Positions 36,688 through 49,395 of a DNA stretch of 64,000 nucleotides are shown here, in pieces. How positions within the stretch are numbered: the stretch's first letter is position 1; each line of letters begins with the position of its first letter. Origin of the DNA: Dendrobates tinctorius (lineage: Eukaryota); contig NW_027361676.1 of assembly GCF_039654945.1 (NCBI RefSeq), positions 42,718,001-42,782,000 on the forward strand. The letters run 5' to 3'. Made by a program: the position numbers and the translations under genes. The notes below the pieces were generated by a model. It did no database searches and had not been told where the DNA came from. It saw nothing but the letters and a program-made list of their open reading frames with translations.

Positions 36688-38154
36688 TCATCCCGGCAGC
36701 TCTGAGAATACATCTGTATTCTGCTGCTCTAAATCTCGAGCCTCCCGTCGCTGCTGTTTTGTAAGGGCATCATATACTTTTACCTCACACCCAGCCGGGT
36801 CCTTGGCCATAGCCAAAGGGACCCCCATTTGTATGACCGGAGTCGCCTCTGTAACCAAACATTCTCGGTCCTTCCAGGCCTTTAGCAGGTTTATATGGCA
36901 CAGCTGCTCGGGTTTCCTTTTCCCAGGTTGATACACCTTATAATTCACTTCCCCCGCTATTCCCCGTATCTCATAAGGCCCTTGCCACTTGGCCATGAGT
37001 TTACTCTCTGGATTGGGTACTAGTACCAAGACCCGGTCTCCTTCTTTAAAGGTCCTGACCATGTCCCTTTTATTATACGTGCGGCTCTGAGTGGCCTGGG
37101 CATCCAACAGATGTTCCTTTACTATGAGCTGCATGATGGCAATCCGATCCTGCATTTTTGTCACATACTCAATGACTCTCTTATGGGGAGTGGGCTCCTG
37201 TTCCCACATCTCTTTGGCTACATCTAGCAGTCCTCTTGGGTGCCTGCCTTACAATAGCTCAAATGGGGAGAACCCTGTTGATGCCTGTGGTACCTCGTGA
37301 ATGGCGAACATTAGATAGGGCAGCAACATGTCCCAATCCCTCCCATCCATGGCGATTACCTTTTTTAGCATGTCTTTGAAGGTCTGATTAAACGTCTCCA
37401 CCAACCCGTCGGTTTGTGGATGGTACACCGACATGCGTAGCTGTTTGATTTGGAGTAGCTTACACAGCTCCTTGGTCACCTTAGACAAAAATGGAGTACC
37501 TTGATCAGTAAGGATCTCCTTGGGTAGCCCTAAGTGACAGAACATGGCGAACAGTTCACGGGCTATTAGTTTAGCTGAAGTGTGGCGGAGTGGTATCGCC
37601 TCTGGGTACTGGGTGGCGTAATCTACGACTACTAATATGTGCTGGTGGCCCCGGGCAGACTTTACTAATGGCCCTACCAGATCCATCGCAATCCGCTCAA
37701 AAGGTACCTCTATAATGGGCAGAGGCACCAAAGGACTCCGGTAGTTCGTGGTGGGTGAGGTTAGTTGGCACTACAGACATGTGTCGCAATACCTTTTGAC
37801 CTCAACATAAACCCCAGGACAGAAAAACCACAGCAATATGCGCTCTAGCATCTTTTTGGCCCCCAAATGCCCTCCAAGCATGTGAGAGTGAGCCATGTTG
37901 AGCACCTCCTGACGATAGGGTTGAGGCACCACCAGCTGTTCTATCACCACATCCCTGATTTTATCTACCCTGTACAGTAACTCCTGGTTGATTTCGATCC
38001 AGGGAAACTCCCTCTCTGCACTTGGTTGTTGAGCCACCCCATTTACCACAATTATTCTTTCCCTGGTCCGGGGTGAAAGTGGGGTCCTGGAGATGGGCAG
38101 TCCCGAACTTACCAGGTGACACCTCCAGCTCAGGAATTGGTGAGTTCTCCTCAA
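36688..38154 (-). pseudogene. Gypsy integrase (upstream of RT)
   Basis: HSHMLGGHLG...CDTC zinc-binding motif, MDLVGP, TDQGTPF, YHPQTDGLVE, GFSPFELL, WQGPYEI. Confidence 0.92.
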
Positions 38155-38199
38155 CTTCTCCTGCCAACACCCCTAGGGGAAACCTATCGGGGTTACACT

Positions 38200-38580
38200 C
38201 TGTCCCTATGTTGGTGACCCCTAAGGCAGGAATCCCTGACTCAGGATCTTCAGGTTCAGCTCCTGGAATACTTTTTACCCTGAGAGGGTTAACCCTGGTC
38301 TCCCATAGGGACCAGAACAGGGGAAAGTCTCTTCCTAAGAAGGTCCCATATGGAAGAGTCTTTACCACTCCCACCACATGTTTTATCTCCCCACACGGGG
38401 TTGAGAACATAACCTCCTCAGTCGGGTACTCACTGAGTTCCCCATGTATGCACACTACCCCCACATTCCGTTCATTAGGTTTATCCCCAGCAACCAGGGA
38501 CCCATGTACCAGGGTCACCAAATTCCCTGAGTCCAAGAGAGCATCCGTCTGGTATCCATTATCGAGTACCTCGCACTGCT
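38200..38580 (-). pseudogene. Gypsy aspartic protease
   Basis: (ALL)DSGNLVTLV and FLGRDF motifs. Confidence 0.85.
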
Positions 38581-38924
38581 GAGGTTCGGTACCCCAGGGT
38601 CTGTAGTGGCAGTGCAGACTGGCTGGGCATACAAAGATACACGGAGGGTATACCCACAGTCCATGGGTTTGGTTGTTAGGGGGCAGTTAGCACATGTCCA
38701 GGCTCTTGGCACCGTCAACACTTAAGGACTGGGGCTCGAGGGAACCTTGGGGCTACGATAGAGGACACAGGGTGGTTGACACTCTCCTTCTGAGATATCC
38801 CCTCAATACGGGCACGATCTGTATTGGCCTTGGTGGAGGGTTGTAGACTTTTCCCAGGCTCCTGAGATGCCGGGGCCTTACGTGACAGCCGAAGTGGGGC
38901 AGTGTCCCGTATAAAGACTTGAGT

Positions 38925-39098
38925 GGCTGTATACCGCTCAACCAGTCCTACCACCTGATCCAGAGTGCCCGGGTCCCCTTGCCCCACCTAACGTTGTATG
39001 GCGGCTGGCAGGGCCCTCACCAGCCAGTCAACCACCACCCTCTCTACCATCTGGATAGGGGTTAAAGTTCAGGCTGTAGCCATTTTTTAACCAGTTGC
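38925..39098 (-). pseudogene. SCAN-domain (Gmr1 gag) remnant
   Basis: Manual translation across a frameshift and a stop: LVKKWLQPE..PIQMVERVVVDWLVRALPAAIQR*VGQGDPGTLDQVVGLVERY. Confidence 0.7.
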
Positions 39099-39099
39099 T

Positions 39100-40904
39100 G
39101 ACCCCAAGAATAAATCCCCTTTATCAATTTTACGACACGCGGAACGGTGTAAACGCACACTCCCTAAAGAAATTCATGAAATGCTGTTTTTTTGTTCATT
39201 CTGCGTCACAAAAATCGGAATAAAAAGCGATCAAAAAATGTCACATGCCCGAAAATAGTACCAATAAAAACGTCAACTCGTCCCGCAAAAAATAAGACCT
39301 CTCATGACTCTGTGGTTCAAAATACGGAAAAATTATAGCTCTCAAAATGTGGTGATGCAAAAACTATTTTTACAATAAAAAGCGTCTTTTAGCGTATGAC
39401 AGCTGCCAAACATGAAAACCCTCCATAAATAGTAAATCAAACCCCCCTTTATCACCCCCTTAGTTAGGGAAAAATAATAAAATAAAAAAATGTATTTATT
39501 TCCATTTTCCCATTAGGGTTAGGGCTAGGGTTAGGTCTAGGGCTGAGAGTAGGGTTAGGGGTGTGTTGGGGTTAGGGTTGGAGTTAGAATTGAGGGCTTC
39601 CACTGTTTGTGCACATCACGGGCTCTCCAAACGCAACATGGCGTTTGATCTCAATTCCAGACAAAAAAGTCAAATGGCGCTGCTTCCCTTCCGAGCTCTC
39701 CCATGCACCCAAATAGTGGTTTACCCCCACATATGGGGTATCAGCGTACTCAGGTCAAATTGCACAATAACTTTTGGGGTCCTATTTCCCTTGGGAAAAT
39801 AAAAATTGGGGGTGAAAAGATCATTTTTGTGGAAAAAATATGATTTTAAACTTCTCTGAAGCCCCTGGCGGTTCAAAGTTCTCACCACACATCTAGATAT
39901 GTTCCTTGGGGGGTCTAGTTTCCAAATTGGGGTCACTTGTGGGGTGTTTCCATTATTTAGGCACATCAAGGGCTCTCCAAACGTAACATGGTGCCCGATA
40001 TCAATTCCAGCCAATTTTGCGTTGAAAAAGTCAAACGGCGCTCGTTCCCTTCCGAGCTCTGCCATGCGCCAAAACAGTGGTTTCCCCTCACTTATCAGGT
40101 ATCAGCGTACTCAGGACAAATTCCACAATAACTTTTGCAGTCCATTTTCTCCTGTTATTCTTGGTAAAATAAAAAAAAAATTGGACCTGAAGTAATTTTT
40201 TGTGAAAAAAAGTTAAATGTTCATTTTTTTAAACATTCAAAAAATTCCTGTGAAGCACCTGAAGGATTAATGAACTTCTTTAATGTGGTTTTGAGCACCT
40301 TGAGGGGTGCAGTTTTTAGAATGGTGTCACTTTTGGGTATTTATCATATAGACCCCTCAAATTGACTTCAAATGTGATGTGGTCCCTAAAAAAATGGTTT
40401 TGTAAATTTAGTGGGAAAAATAAAAAATCGTTGGTCAAATTTTAACTCTTATAACTTCCTAGCAAAAAAAAGTTGGTTCCAAAATTGTGCTGATGCAAAG
40501 TAGGCAAGTGGGAAATGTTACTTATTAACTGTTTTGTTTGACATATCTCTATATCTTTGGTTCCAAAGTTGTTCTGATGTAAAGTAAACATATGGGAAAT
40601 GTTATTTATTAAGTTTTTTGTGTGCCGTATCTCTGTGATTTAAGGGCATAAAAATTCAAAGTTGGAAAATTGCGAAATTTTCAAAATTTTCACCAAATTT
40701 CCATTTTTTTTACAAATAAATGCAAGTCATATCAAAGAAATTTTACCACTATCATGAAGTACAATATGTCACGAGAAAACAATGTCAGAATCATTGGGAT
40801 CCATGGAAGCGTTCCAGAGTTATTATCTCAGAAAGGGACAGTGGTCAGAGTTGTAAAAATTGGCCTAGGCATTAACGTGCAAACCACCCTTGGGAGTAAA
40901 GGGG
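39100..40904 (-). mobile_element. piggyBac-type family A copy, reverse orientation, partial
   Basis: Reverse complement of the family A 5' part. Ends AAAGGGG|TTAA. (TTAGGG)-like tract at 39514-39587. Confidence 0.8.
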
Positions 40905-43251
40905 TTAATCAGTGGTGGACTACCACACTCATTGTTAGTGGAACAAGATGCCATTATAATAGATGCAACAGGGGACAGTCAATCAAGGCTCCTAACTAAA
41001 TTATAATGACAATGTCAACTATATGGAAAACTATATGGAATAATCAAACGTAGATATTGAACAGGATTTTATAATACTGGGAAAAGTCTTTGTGTGCTTG
41101 GTTGCATGGCAGCTAAGACCATCCATTGAACTCCATAACAGAACTTTTATTACTCAATTTCCAAAAACTGAACAGTTATGCATACAATAAAAACAAAATT
41201 ATCTACAAAGTGCAGATCATATTTGCATTAAAGCATTTTAATGAACAGAAGATAAAATTTGATGGATTTTAATTACATTTCATAGTCAATATTCACATTC
41301 TCGTTAGATATGACGCTGCCATTTAAATGTATGATCTGAGATTCCATCAGAGATGATTTTTATTCTTCATCCAGCTATCTCCTACCACAGTACATTTATT
41401 CAGACAGTACTAAAACTTGGCAGTTTTTAAGGACAAAGTGAATGTATACTTAAACTTGTCAACTTTTGCCATATTGCTAAAGATGTAATTAGTGCATTGT
41501 AATTATTAGAATTGACTCGGGATAGAAGAGATCATGGAAGGTCGTGGATGGGAGCATAGTGGAGGAGATCCAAGGTGTAACTATATTGGACAAGAGCTCC
41601 GCTGGGATCCTGTAGATTCTAGCAAGGCAGCTTTACATTTTAGTATGTCTACATTAAACTTCTCTCTAAACATATTATAAATATATATAAATCCTTTAAA
41701 ATGGTGGAAACAAAGGCTACGACAATTTATAAAATCATCATTATATCACATTGTATGTATTGTTTTACAAGTAAAAATAGAAACATGTTTCTTAAAATCA
41801 AGCCATATTAAAATATTTCATACTATACAGACTAGACTTAACAAATTCAAACTAATAACTGGATAGGAGAAAACAAATTACAATAATGGTTACAATTCAG
41901 AGTTAAATAAAAGTAAGTCACATGATCTCTAATAATTAAAAAGGGATTGCGAGATTAAAAAAAATGTATGTTTCTTTCCAGAAATCACTACTGTAGTTCA
42001 TTTGCTATATCTGGTAAGGCACCTATGCTTAATATAAATGATTTAAGCTGAACTGCACTTCTAGCCCATGGACTCGAGTGGCACTGTTTCTGAAAACAAG
42101 CACTGGAGCTGTGAATTTAGAGAATACTATAATAATCAATTGAGAGAAGAACAGCTTTTAATAGAATACTAGCCAAGAGTTTATATAGGTAAGGAAATTG
42201 TCATTATGATTACACAACAAATCACATATTTGGAAGCTTCATAACAATAGCAACCTGATCTACAGTTACTGGCTCAGGAGCTGAGCCTGCATCATCACTG
42301 GCAGATGATGGATGTGTTACACAACCAGCATCTGCCTCTAATAGTAGTGAGTGGAGCTGAGCTCTGCTCATTGCTGTGAAACATTTAAATGCTGTTGTCA
42401 ATCTCTGACAGTGGCATTTAAAGCTCATGGCCCAGGGTGTGTGTGCCTTTTTACAAGCCAGTCAGCTTCCCCCGTTACACAGTAGAAAGGCAGGTAAGAA
42501 TGCAATATTGGCAGAAAATCAGCTTCCTTCAACAAACACAGCTAATCTCCAAAGAATATAACCCCTTCCCGACTTGTGACGTGTTGTAGTATTACATCAC
42601 AAGTGAAGTTTATATCTTGTTTCAAGTTGAGCACCATACCTGAGAGATAGTGTCTTGTTTAACCATGTAAATGTCACTGACAGCATCATTTCAATAGTGC
42701 AATCACTATGTGCATGCACTCGCTACCATCTGCCTCTTGCATCATGATCCCGGGTGTCCTTGTGTTGCTTAGGCAGCCAGCAGCCTGCTGAAGATCCCCG
42801 TGCCTGTCCTGATTGTGTTTCTGCATAGACCAGCCTATGGTTGGGAGTCATAGGATGCCATTCATTTTGCTAAATACTGCAATGCAGCGGTATTAAAGTA
42901 TATAGAACAAGCAATTGACGTGGCCTACAAAAATAAAATGCTTTCAAAAGTGTATAAAATATATAAAACCAATGGGGTATAGCTACATTCATAAAAATCT
43001 GATCTATCAAAATATGCAATTAGTTAACCATATTGGTAAGCACTGTAAAGACAAAAAATAAGGGACAGATTTTCATTTTTTGTTCAGTGCAACTCCTTAA
43101 AAAATACAAAAGGAGTGATTAAAACATCAAGGTTACTTCACATTGTTCTGTTACATGATCGACTGCAGTTTTTACAATTTCAATGAAGCTGACAGGCTCC
43201 AGTCTTTTATATTTATTCATTTTTTAATATTTTTTTAAAAACTTTCTTTAA

Positions 43252-45815
43252 TCCCTTTACCCCCAAAGGTGGTGTGCACATTAATGACCAGGCCAATTTT
43301 TACAATTCTGACCACTGTCAATTTATGAGGTAATAACTCTGGAATGCTTCAACAGATCCTGCTGAGTGTGAGACTATTTTTTCGAAACAAATTTTACTTC
43401 ATGATAGTGATATGACTTGCGTTTATTTGTGAAAAAAAATTGAAATTTGGCAAAAATTTCGCAATTTTCCAACTTTGAATTTTCATGCCATTAAATCACA
43501 GAGATATGTCACACTAAACAGCTAATAAGTAACATTTCCCACTTGCCTACTGTACGTCAGCACAATTTTGGAACCATCTTTTTTTTGCTAGGAAGTTATA
43601 AGGGTTAAAATTTGACCAACGATTTTTCATTTTTCCAACTAAATTTACCAAACCATTTTTTTAGGAACCACATCACATTTGAAGTCACTTTGAGGGGTCT
43701 ATATGATAGAAGATACCCAAAAGTGACACCATTGTAAAAACTGCACACCTCAAGGTGCTCAAAACCACATTCAAGAAGTTTATTAACCCTTCAGGTGCTT
43801 CACAGAAATTTTTAGAATGTGGAAAAAAATTAACATCTAACTTTTTTTTTAAAAAAAATTACTTCAGATACAATTTTTCTTAATTTGACAAGAGTAACAG
43901 GAAAAAAAATGAATCCCAAAATTTGTTGCGTAATTTCTCCTGAGCATCTGGATGCCCCTTGTGAGGGAGAAAACCACTGTTTGGTCAAAATTTTGAACAA
44001 TTGATGGACGCCATGCCACATTTAGAGCTCCTCTGATGTGTCTAAACAGTGAATTTCCCACAAGTGACACCATTTTGGAAACTGCAGGGAACTGATCTAA
44101 ATTGTTTTATGCAATTTGAATAAAGGGGACTCTTAAATGGGATGGTGAGTGTCATCCTCATTTTTCTTACCATAGACTTTGCCAGTGTTGTTTCATTACT
44201 TTTGGGTTGGCACCCGAGAGCCCGGGGTCGGTTCTAGTCAGCGTTTGGCTGACACAGCCAGGTGTGTTGGCCACAGGTGCTGCAGCAGTGTGGATAACTT
44301 CATGCTATTGATACATATTCATTGATCTAGATGTGTGTTGAGCACATTAACTCTCAGGTGCTTCACAGAAGTTTATATTGTTGAGCTGTAAAAATAAAAA
44401 AATCAAATTTTCCCTACAAATATGTAACAGGAGAAATTGCACCATACAACTTGTTGTGCAATTTTTTCCTGAGAACGTCAATACCCATTAATAGGGAGAA
44501 AACTACTGTTTGGGTGCACAACAGGGCTCGGAAGGGAAGAACTGTCATTTGACTTTTAGAATGTAAAATTTCCTGAAATCAATAGTGGACATCTTGTCCC
44601 ATTTGCAGAGCCCCTGAGGTGCCTAAACAGTGGAAACCCCCCCACAAGTGACCCCATTTTGTAAACTATACCCCTCAAGGAATGCATTTAAATGTGTGGT
44701 GAGCACCTTGAACCCCCAGGTGCTTCACAGAAGGTTATAACGTTGAGTCGTGAAAATAATAAAATTACATTTTCCCCACAAAAATGTTCTTTTAGCCACA
44801 AATGTTGCATTTTTATAAGGATAACAGGAGAAATACACCACACAATTTGTAGTGCAATTTCTCCTGAGTACGCCGATATCCCATATGTGGGGGGAATACT
44901 ACTTCTGAGGTACAATGCAAAGCTCCGTAAGGAAGAGTCTATATTTCAGTTTAGATTTTGTTGGAATGGTTTGAGGGTACCATGTCACATTGGCAGAGCC
45001 CCTGAGGTGGCAGAACAACAAAAAAACCCTCTATGTGAACTCATTTTACAAACTATATTCCCCAATAAATTCATCTAGTGGTGCAGTGATCATATTGACA
45101 CCTCATGTGCTTCACAGAATTTTATACCATTGAGCGGTGAAGAAAGAGTAAATTACATTTCTACCACTAAAATGTTGTTTTAGCCTGAAGTTTTTCATTT
45201 TTCTAAGGGCTAATAGTAATATTTTTTCCCACAAACAGATCCATTTTTTTCCCTGAGTGCACCAATACCCTACATGTAGTCGATAAATATTTTTCAGGCA
45301 CAGTGCAAAGCTCTAAAGGCAAGGAGCGCCAGATTTTACTGTTATGGTTTGCAGGTGCCATGATCCACTGGGAGAGCTCATGAGGTGCCAGAACAGCAGA
45401 ACCCTCCATAAGTTACCCCAATTTACAAGCGCTCAATGAATTCATCTAGGGGTGCAGTGATCATATCGACACCACAGATGTGTCACAGAATTTTATACCA
45501 CTGGGCAATGAAGAAAAAAATTGCCACATTTTTACCACCAAAATTTTGTTTTAGCCCCAGATTTTACATTTTCAAACAAGTAGTGGATAAAAATGGCACC
45601 ATAATTTGCCTCACAGTTTCTACTAAACATGGCAATACCCCATATTTGGCTGTAGAGTACTACTTATCCATATGGAGAGACTAGGGAGGAACAGAGGGCT
45701 ATTTGCCTCCTAGAGCCCAGATTTTCCTAGAACAGTTTGAGGACTCCATATACAGAGCCCCTAATTGCTAGAAGAACAGAAACCCCCGTCAAGTGACCCC
45801 ATTTTGGAAATTATA
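43252..45815 (+). mobile_element. Older, diverged family A-related element with decayed tandem array
   Basis: TTAA|TCCCTTTACCCCCAAAGGTGG start. Recurrent AAGTGACCCCATTTTGGAAA units. Confidence 0.7.
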
Positions 45816-45899
45816 AAAATGGTGCTACACTAGCATGTCATTATTGGAAATAAGTTGAAATAATTCCCATCAGACAATGCTAGTGGCTGGGGCAAGCTT

Positions 45900-46325
45900 C
45901 TTTGCCCAACCAAGAAGGAGAGGCCAGGGATACACTCATCAGAGTCAGGGGTACATGGCCAAAAGTGTGGGCCAATTTCATGACACCAGTCAAGTTCCCA
46001 GAACCTGTTTGCCGTATGTTTTTGACTGAGATGGAAAAGTTTTTGAAAGCAATACCTGGCTGACTAAACCAGCATTCTCCCCAATTCCTCTGCAACTTTC
46101 AAATATTGGGTCTCAAAGCTGGGCAATTCACATGAGCTGTCCCTCTATGCCTTGGAGGTGTTGTGCTGCCCTGCCGCTAGCATCTTGGCTGAGCAGGCTT
46201 TTAGTGCTGCCGGGGGGATATAACAGACAGGCACTTTTTCCTGTTAGAAAATGCATACAGGCTCACTTTTTATTAAAATCAACAAAGTCTGGATTAGCCC
46301 ACTCTTTTCTACACCACCAGATGAC
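45900..46325 (+). pseudogene. hAT transposase C-terminal dimerisation-domain remnant
   Basis: Manual translation FKYWVSKLGNSHELSLYALEVLCCPAASILAEQAFSAAGG. Confidence 0.75.
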
Positions 46326-46539
46326 AGTAGCACATAAAGTGTTTGTAATATTCAATATGTGAAGGAGGCCCACTAGCTGTTGCCTTTCAAGGATCTATGG
46401 ATGACCCTCCTAATTTCTGTCTGGCTTAGCATTTTCTGCAAAGCTTTTATGACTGTATAAAGTACATGAACTACACTTTCAAAATATTTAATGTTCAAAA
46501 TTTTTTTATGGATTCGATGACTCATCCATGCAGTTTAAC

Positions 46540-47260
46540 ATGGTTATTGTTGCATTACAGTGCTATTTAAAACTTGCAAAAAGCTTAGAAAAATATTTCA
46601 GGATTAGATTACTCATCTGTACAGTATTGCGCGTTTTCTGTCACATTTTGGTGGTACATAACAGTAGAGAACAGCACTTGAAAATTTTGCTTGTTTCTTC
46701 ACATTTCTTACCCATACAATATTTCATGTTGTGGGGTACATTTTTGTGATCTATAACATTAAAAAAGTTTTAAAATGTTCCTAGGTTACATTTCTCAGAC
46801 TTACAGTATTACGTGTTTTTGGGTACATTTCTTCAGTATATAACCCTTAAAAAACTTGTCCAAAATGTATTGTATTATATTGCTCATTCATAGGTTATTA
46901 TATTTTGTTGGGTAAATTTCTTTGTTATATAAGCATAAAAAAATTGTTCTAAATTTTATCGGTATTATACTGCTCATCCATAGACTATTTTGTGGTCTTG
47001 AGTACATTTTGTTGGCATATAAGCCTCAAAACTTGTTTACAAAATGTATCGTTATTATATTGCTTATCCATAGACTTTTACAAATTCTTGGGAAGATTTC
47101 TGTGTTATATAATCTTCTTAAAACTTGCTCACCCATAGGGTAATATATCTTCTTTGGAACATTTCGTCGGTATATAACCCTAAAAAAACTTTTTCAATAT
47201 TTATCGGTATCATATTGCTCAACCATAGGGTATTACATCTTTGGTTCACTTAGTTGCTAT
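46540..47260 (+). repeat. Degenerate AT-rich tandem repeat (~85-90 bp)
   Basis: Recurring TTATATTGCTCATCCATAG...TACATTT...TATAA...AAAAC modules. Confidence 0.55.
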
Positions 47261-47569
47261 ATAGGAGAAAACACAGTGTGCACAACTGGGAGGGGTGCCA
47301 AGGTAGGTTCCCAAACTATATGAATAGCAAATGAAAACCTGGCACTCAACTTAATGCTATGAAGTATATTTATTGTAGTACCAAATCAAAACATTTTGGT
47401 CGGCTGGACCTTTATCAGTTATGTACTAAATGTAGTTTGAGATACTGGAGGGCACTTGCTAGTGGCCCAATTATGTCAGCATCACTAGTGATACAATGCC
47501 TTAAATGCTTTAGGGCAAAAAAAGGCTCAATCTTATTTCAAGATACGGTTAAAGCGCGTGCTTGGTCCT

Positions 47570-48805
47570 CCTTCATCAGAAAGGTCTTTTTGTTTCTTTA
47601 GAGTAGACTATAAGTTACAACAAAAGTAAACAAGAAAACAAAACAATATGTCAGAACAATGCTATAGACATACAGTATAATACACTTTCACAATAATAAA
47701 TAATAATCTGACATCAGAAGCAGGATCTATAGTGAAGGAAAGTGACTGTAGAAATTCATTCCAAAAGTGTAGATGGAGTTTTCAGATTTCATCTGTGCCA
47801 TAAATGAGGGTGAGAACATGGTTAAGGAAAACAAATTTAAGAGTAACAAAAATTTTTTCCAGGGACCGAAGTCCACAACTATGGTGAAATGGCTATAAGT
47901 AAAAAGGATATCCATGAAGAAAAAGAGGAAATGATCCCAAGCACATTAATCTTCCCTCCTCCCTCTTCACAGCGCTGCAGCCCCTTGCAGATACTGCTCC
48001 AGACACCGCGCTCTCTCTCCCTAAGGCCTGCTTCATCCAGGTACATAGTGCCATTATTTATTGGTCTCTTCTGGCCACCATTAAGATGTTTTTGCACATT
48101 TTAACATCATTTAACACCCGTGTTTTCCTCCTTAAGTAGTCACATTGTGTCCAGCCCCTTTGATAGACTCGAGCTCCAGTCATTACAAAATAAACAGGTA
48201 CTGAGGTTTACTGCTTACAATTCAACCACATTATCTTGGTCACTCATGCTAATCATTAACCCCTTGGTATTCTCTGTGTACCATTCAGCTGCATACCATG
48301 CTCTTATTTGCTCTTTTTCTTATTTTCAACATTATAGGATTTCATTCCTGCCTTAGGATATCTTTCACCCTACTGTATCTCTTACAGGTATATCCACCTT
48401 GCCATCCAAATTCGTCAGCATGGACATTTCTATTCTATTATAGTGATGAACACTCGGTGAGCACATGGATATCCTTTTTACTTATAGTCATTTCACCATA
48501 ATTGTGGACTTTGGTCCCTGGAAAAAATTTTTTTTACTCATAAATTTGTTTTCCTTAACCATGTTCTCACCCTCATTTATGGCACAGATGAAATCTGAAA
48601 ACTCCATCTACACTTTTGGAATGAATTTCTGCATTCACTTTCCTTCACTTTAGATCCTGCTTCTGACGTCAGATTATTATTTATTATTGTGAAAGTGTAT
48701 TATATGTCTATAGCATTGTTCTGACATATTGTTTTGTTTTCTTGTTTACTTTTTTTGTAACTTATAGTCTACTCTAAAGAAACAAAAAGACCTTTCTGAT
48801 GAAGG
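47570..48805. repeat. Inverted repeat pair 47570-47916 / 48464-48805 (Penelope-like remnant)
   Basis: ORFs 47727-47915(-) and 48465-48653(+) give near-identical peptides. Both arms end at CTGATGAAGG. Confidence 0.9.
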
Positions 48806-48829
48806 TCCGTTTTTGGACCGAAAACGTTC
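48796..48829 (+). ncRNA. Hammerhead-ribozyme-like core (stem I not evident)
   Basis: CTGATGA-A-GGTCC-GTTTTT-GGACC-GAAA-ACGTT-C, followed by AATAAA. Confidence 0.5.
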
Positions 48830-48953
48830 ATATGATATGAGTCTATTTTTGTCTGGATGCACAATAAAGAAAAAATTGCTTCTCCGATTTTGAGTGCCAA
48901 GTAATTTTGTATATGTCTATGGGTTGGAAACCTTACTTGAGCACCAATTCTCC

Positions 48954-49316
48954 TGTGATGGGTATATGGGCACTCGACTATGGGATGGCGAATATGTATG
49001 ATGGGTATATGGGCATGGGACTATGGGATGGAGAATATGTATGATGGGTATATGGGCATGGGACTATGGGATGGAGGATGTGTGATGGGTATATGGGCAC
49101 TCGACTATGGGATGGAGGATATGTATGATGGTATATGGGCACGGGCCTATGGGATGGTGGATATGTATGATGGGTATATGGGCACGGGACTATGGGATGA
49201 TGGATATGTATGATGGGTATATGGGCACGGGACTATGGGATGGAGGATAATTATAATTTGTTATAACTAACCACAGTTAGTTACTATGCCCGGGCAGCGC
49301 CAGGCTCTTCAGCTAG
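48954..49316 (+). mobile_element. Helitron 3' fragment (same family as 3355-4269)
   Basis: Same minisatellite, terminal hairpin and CTAG|T end. Confidence 0.85.
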
Positions 49317-49395
49317 TATTCATATATATACGAACTATTAAAAATAAAAAACATATTAAAACCAAACCCATAACAATTAAAAGAAACAAGAGAAA

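Larger units (their letters stand above)
34717..39098 (-). mobile_element. Gmr1-like Gypsy LTR retrotransposon, 5'-truncated and degenerate
   Basis: Domain order on the minus strand is SCAN, protease, integrase, RT, RNase H, polypurine tract, 3' LTR. Confidence 0.92.
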
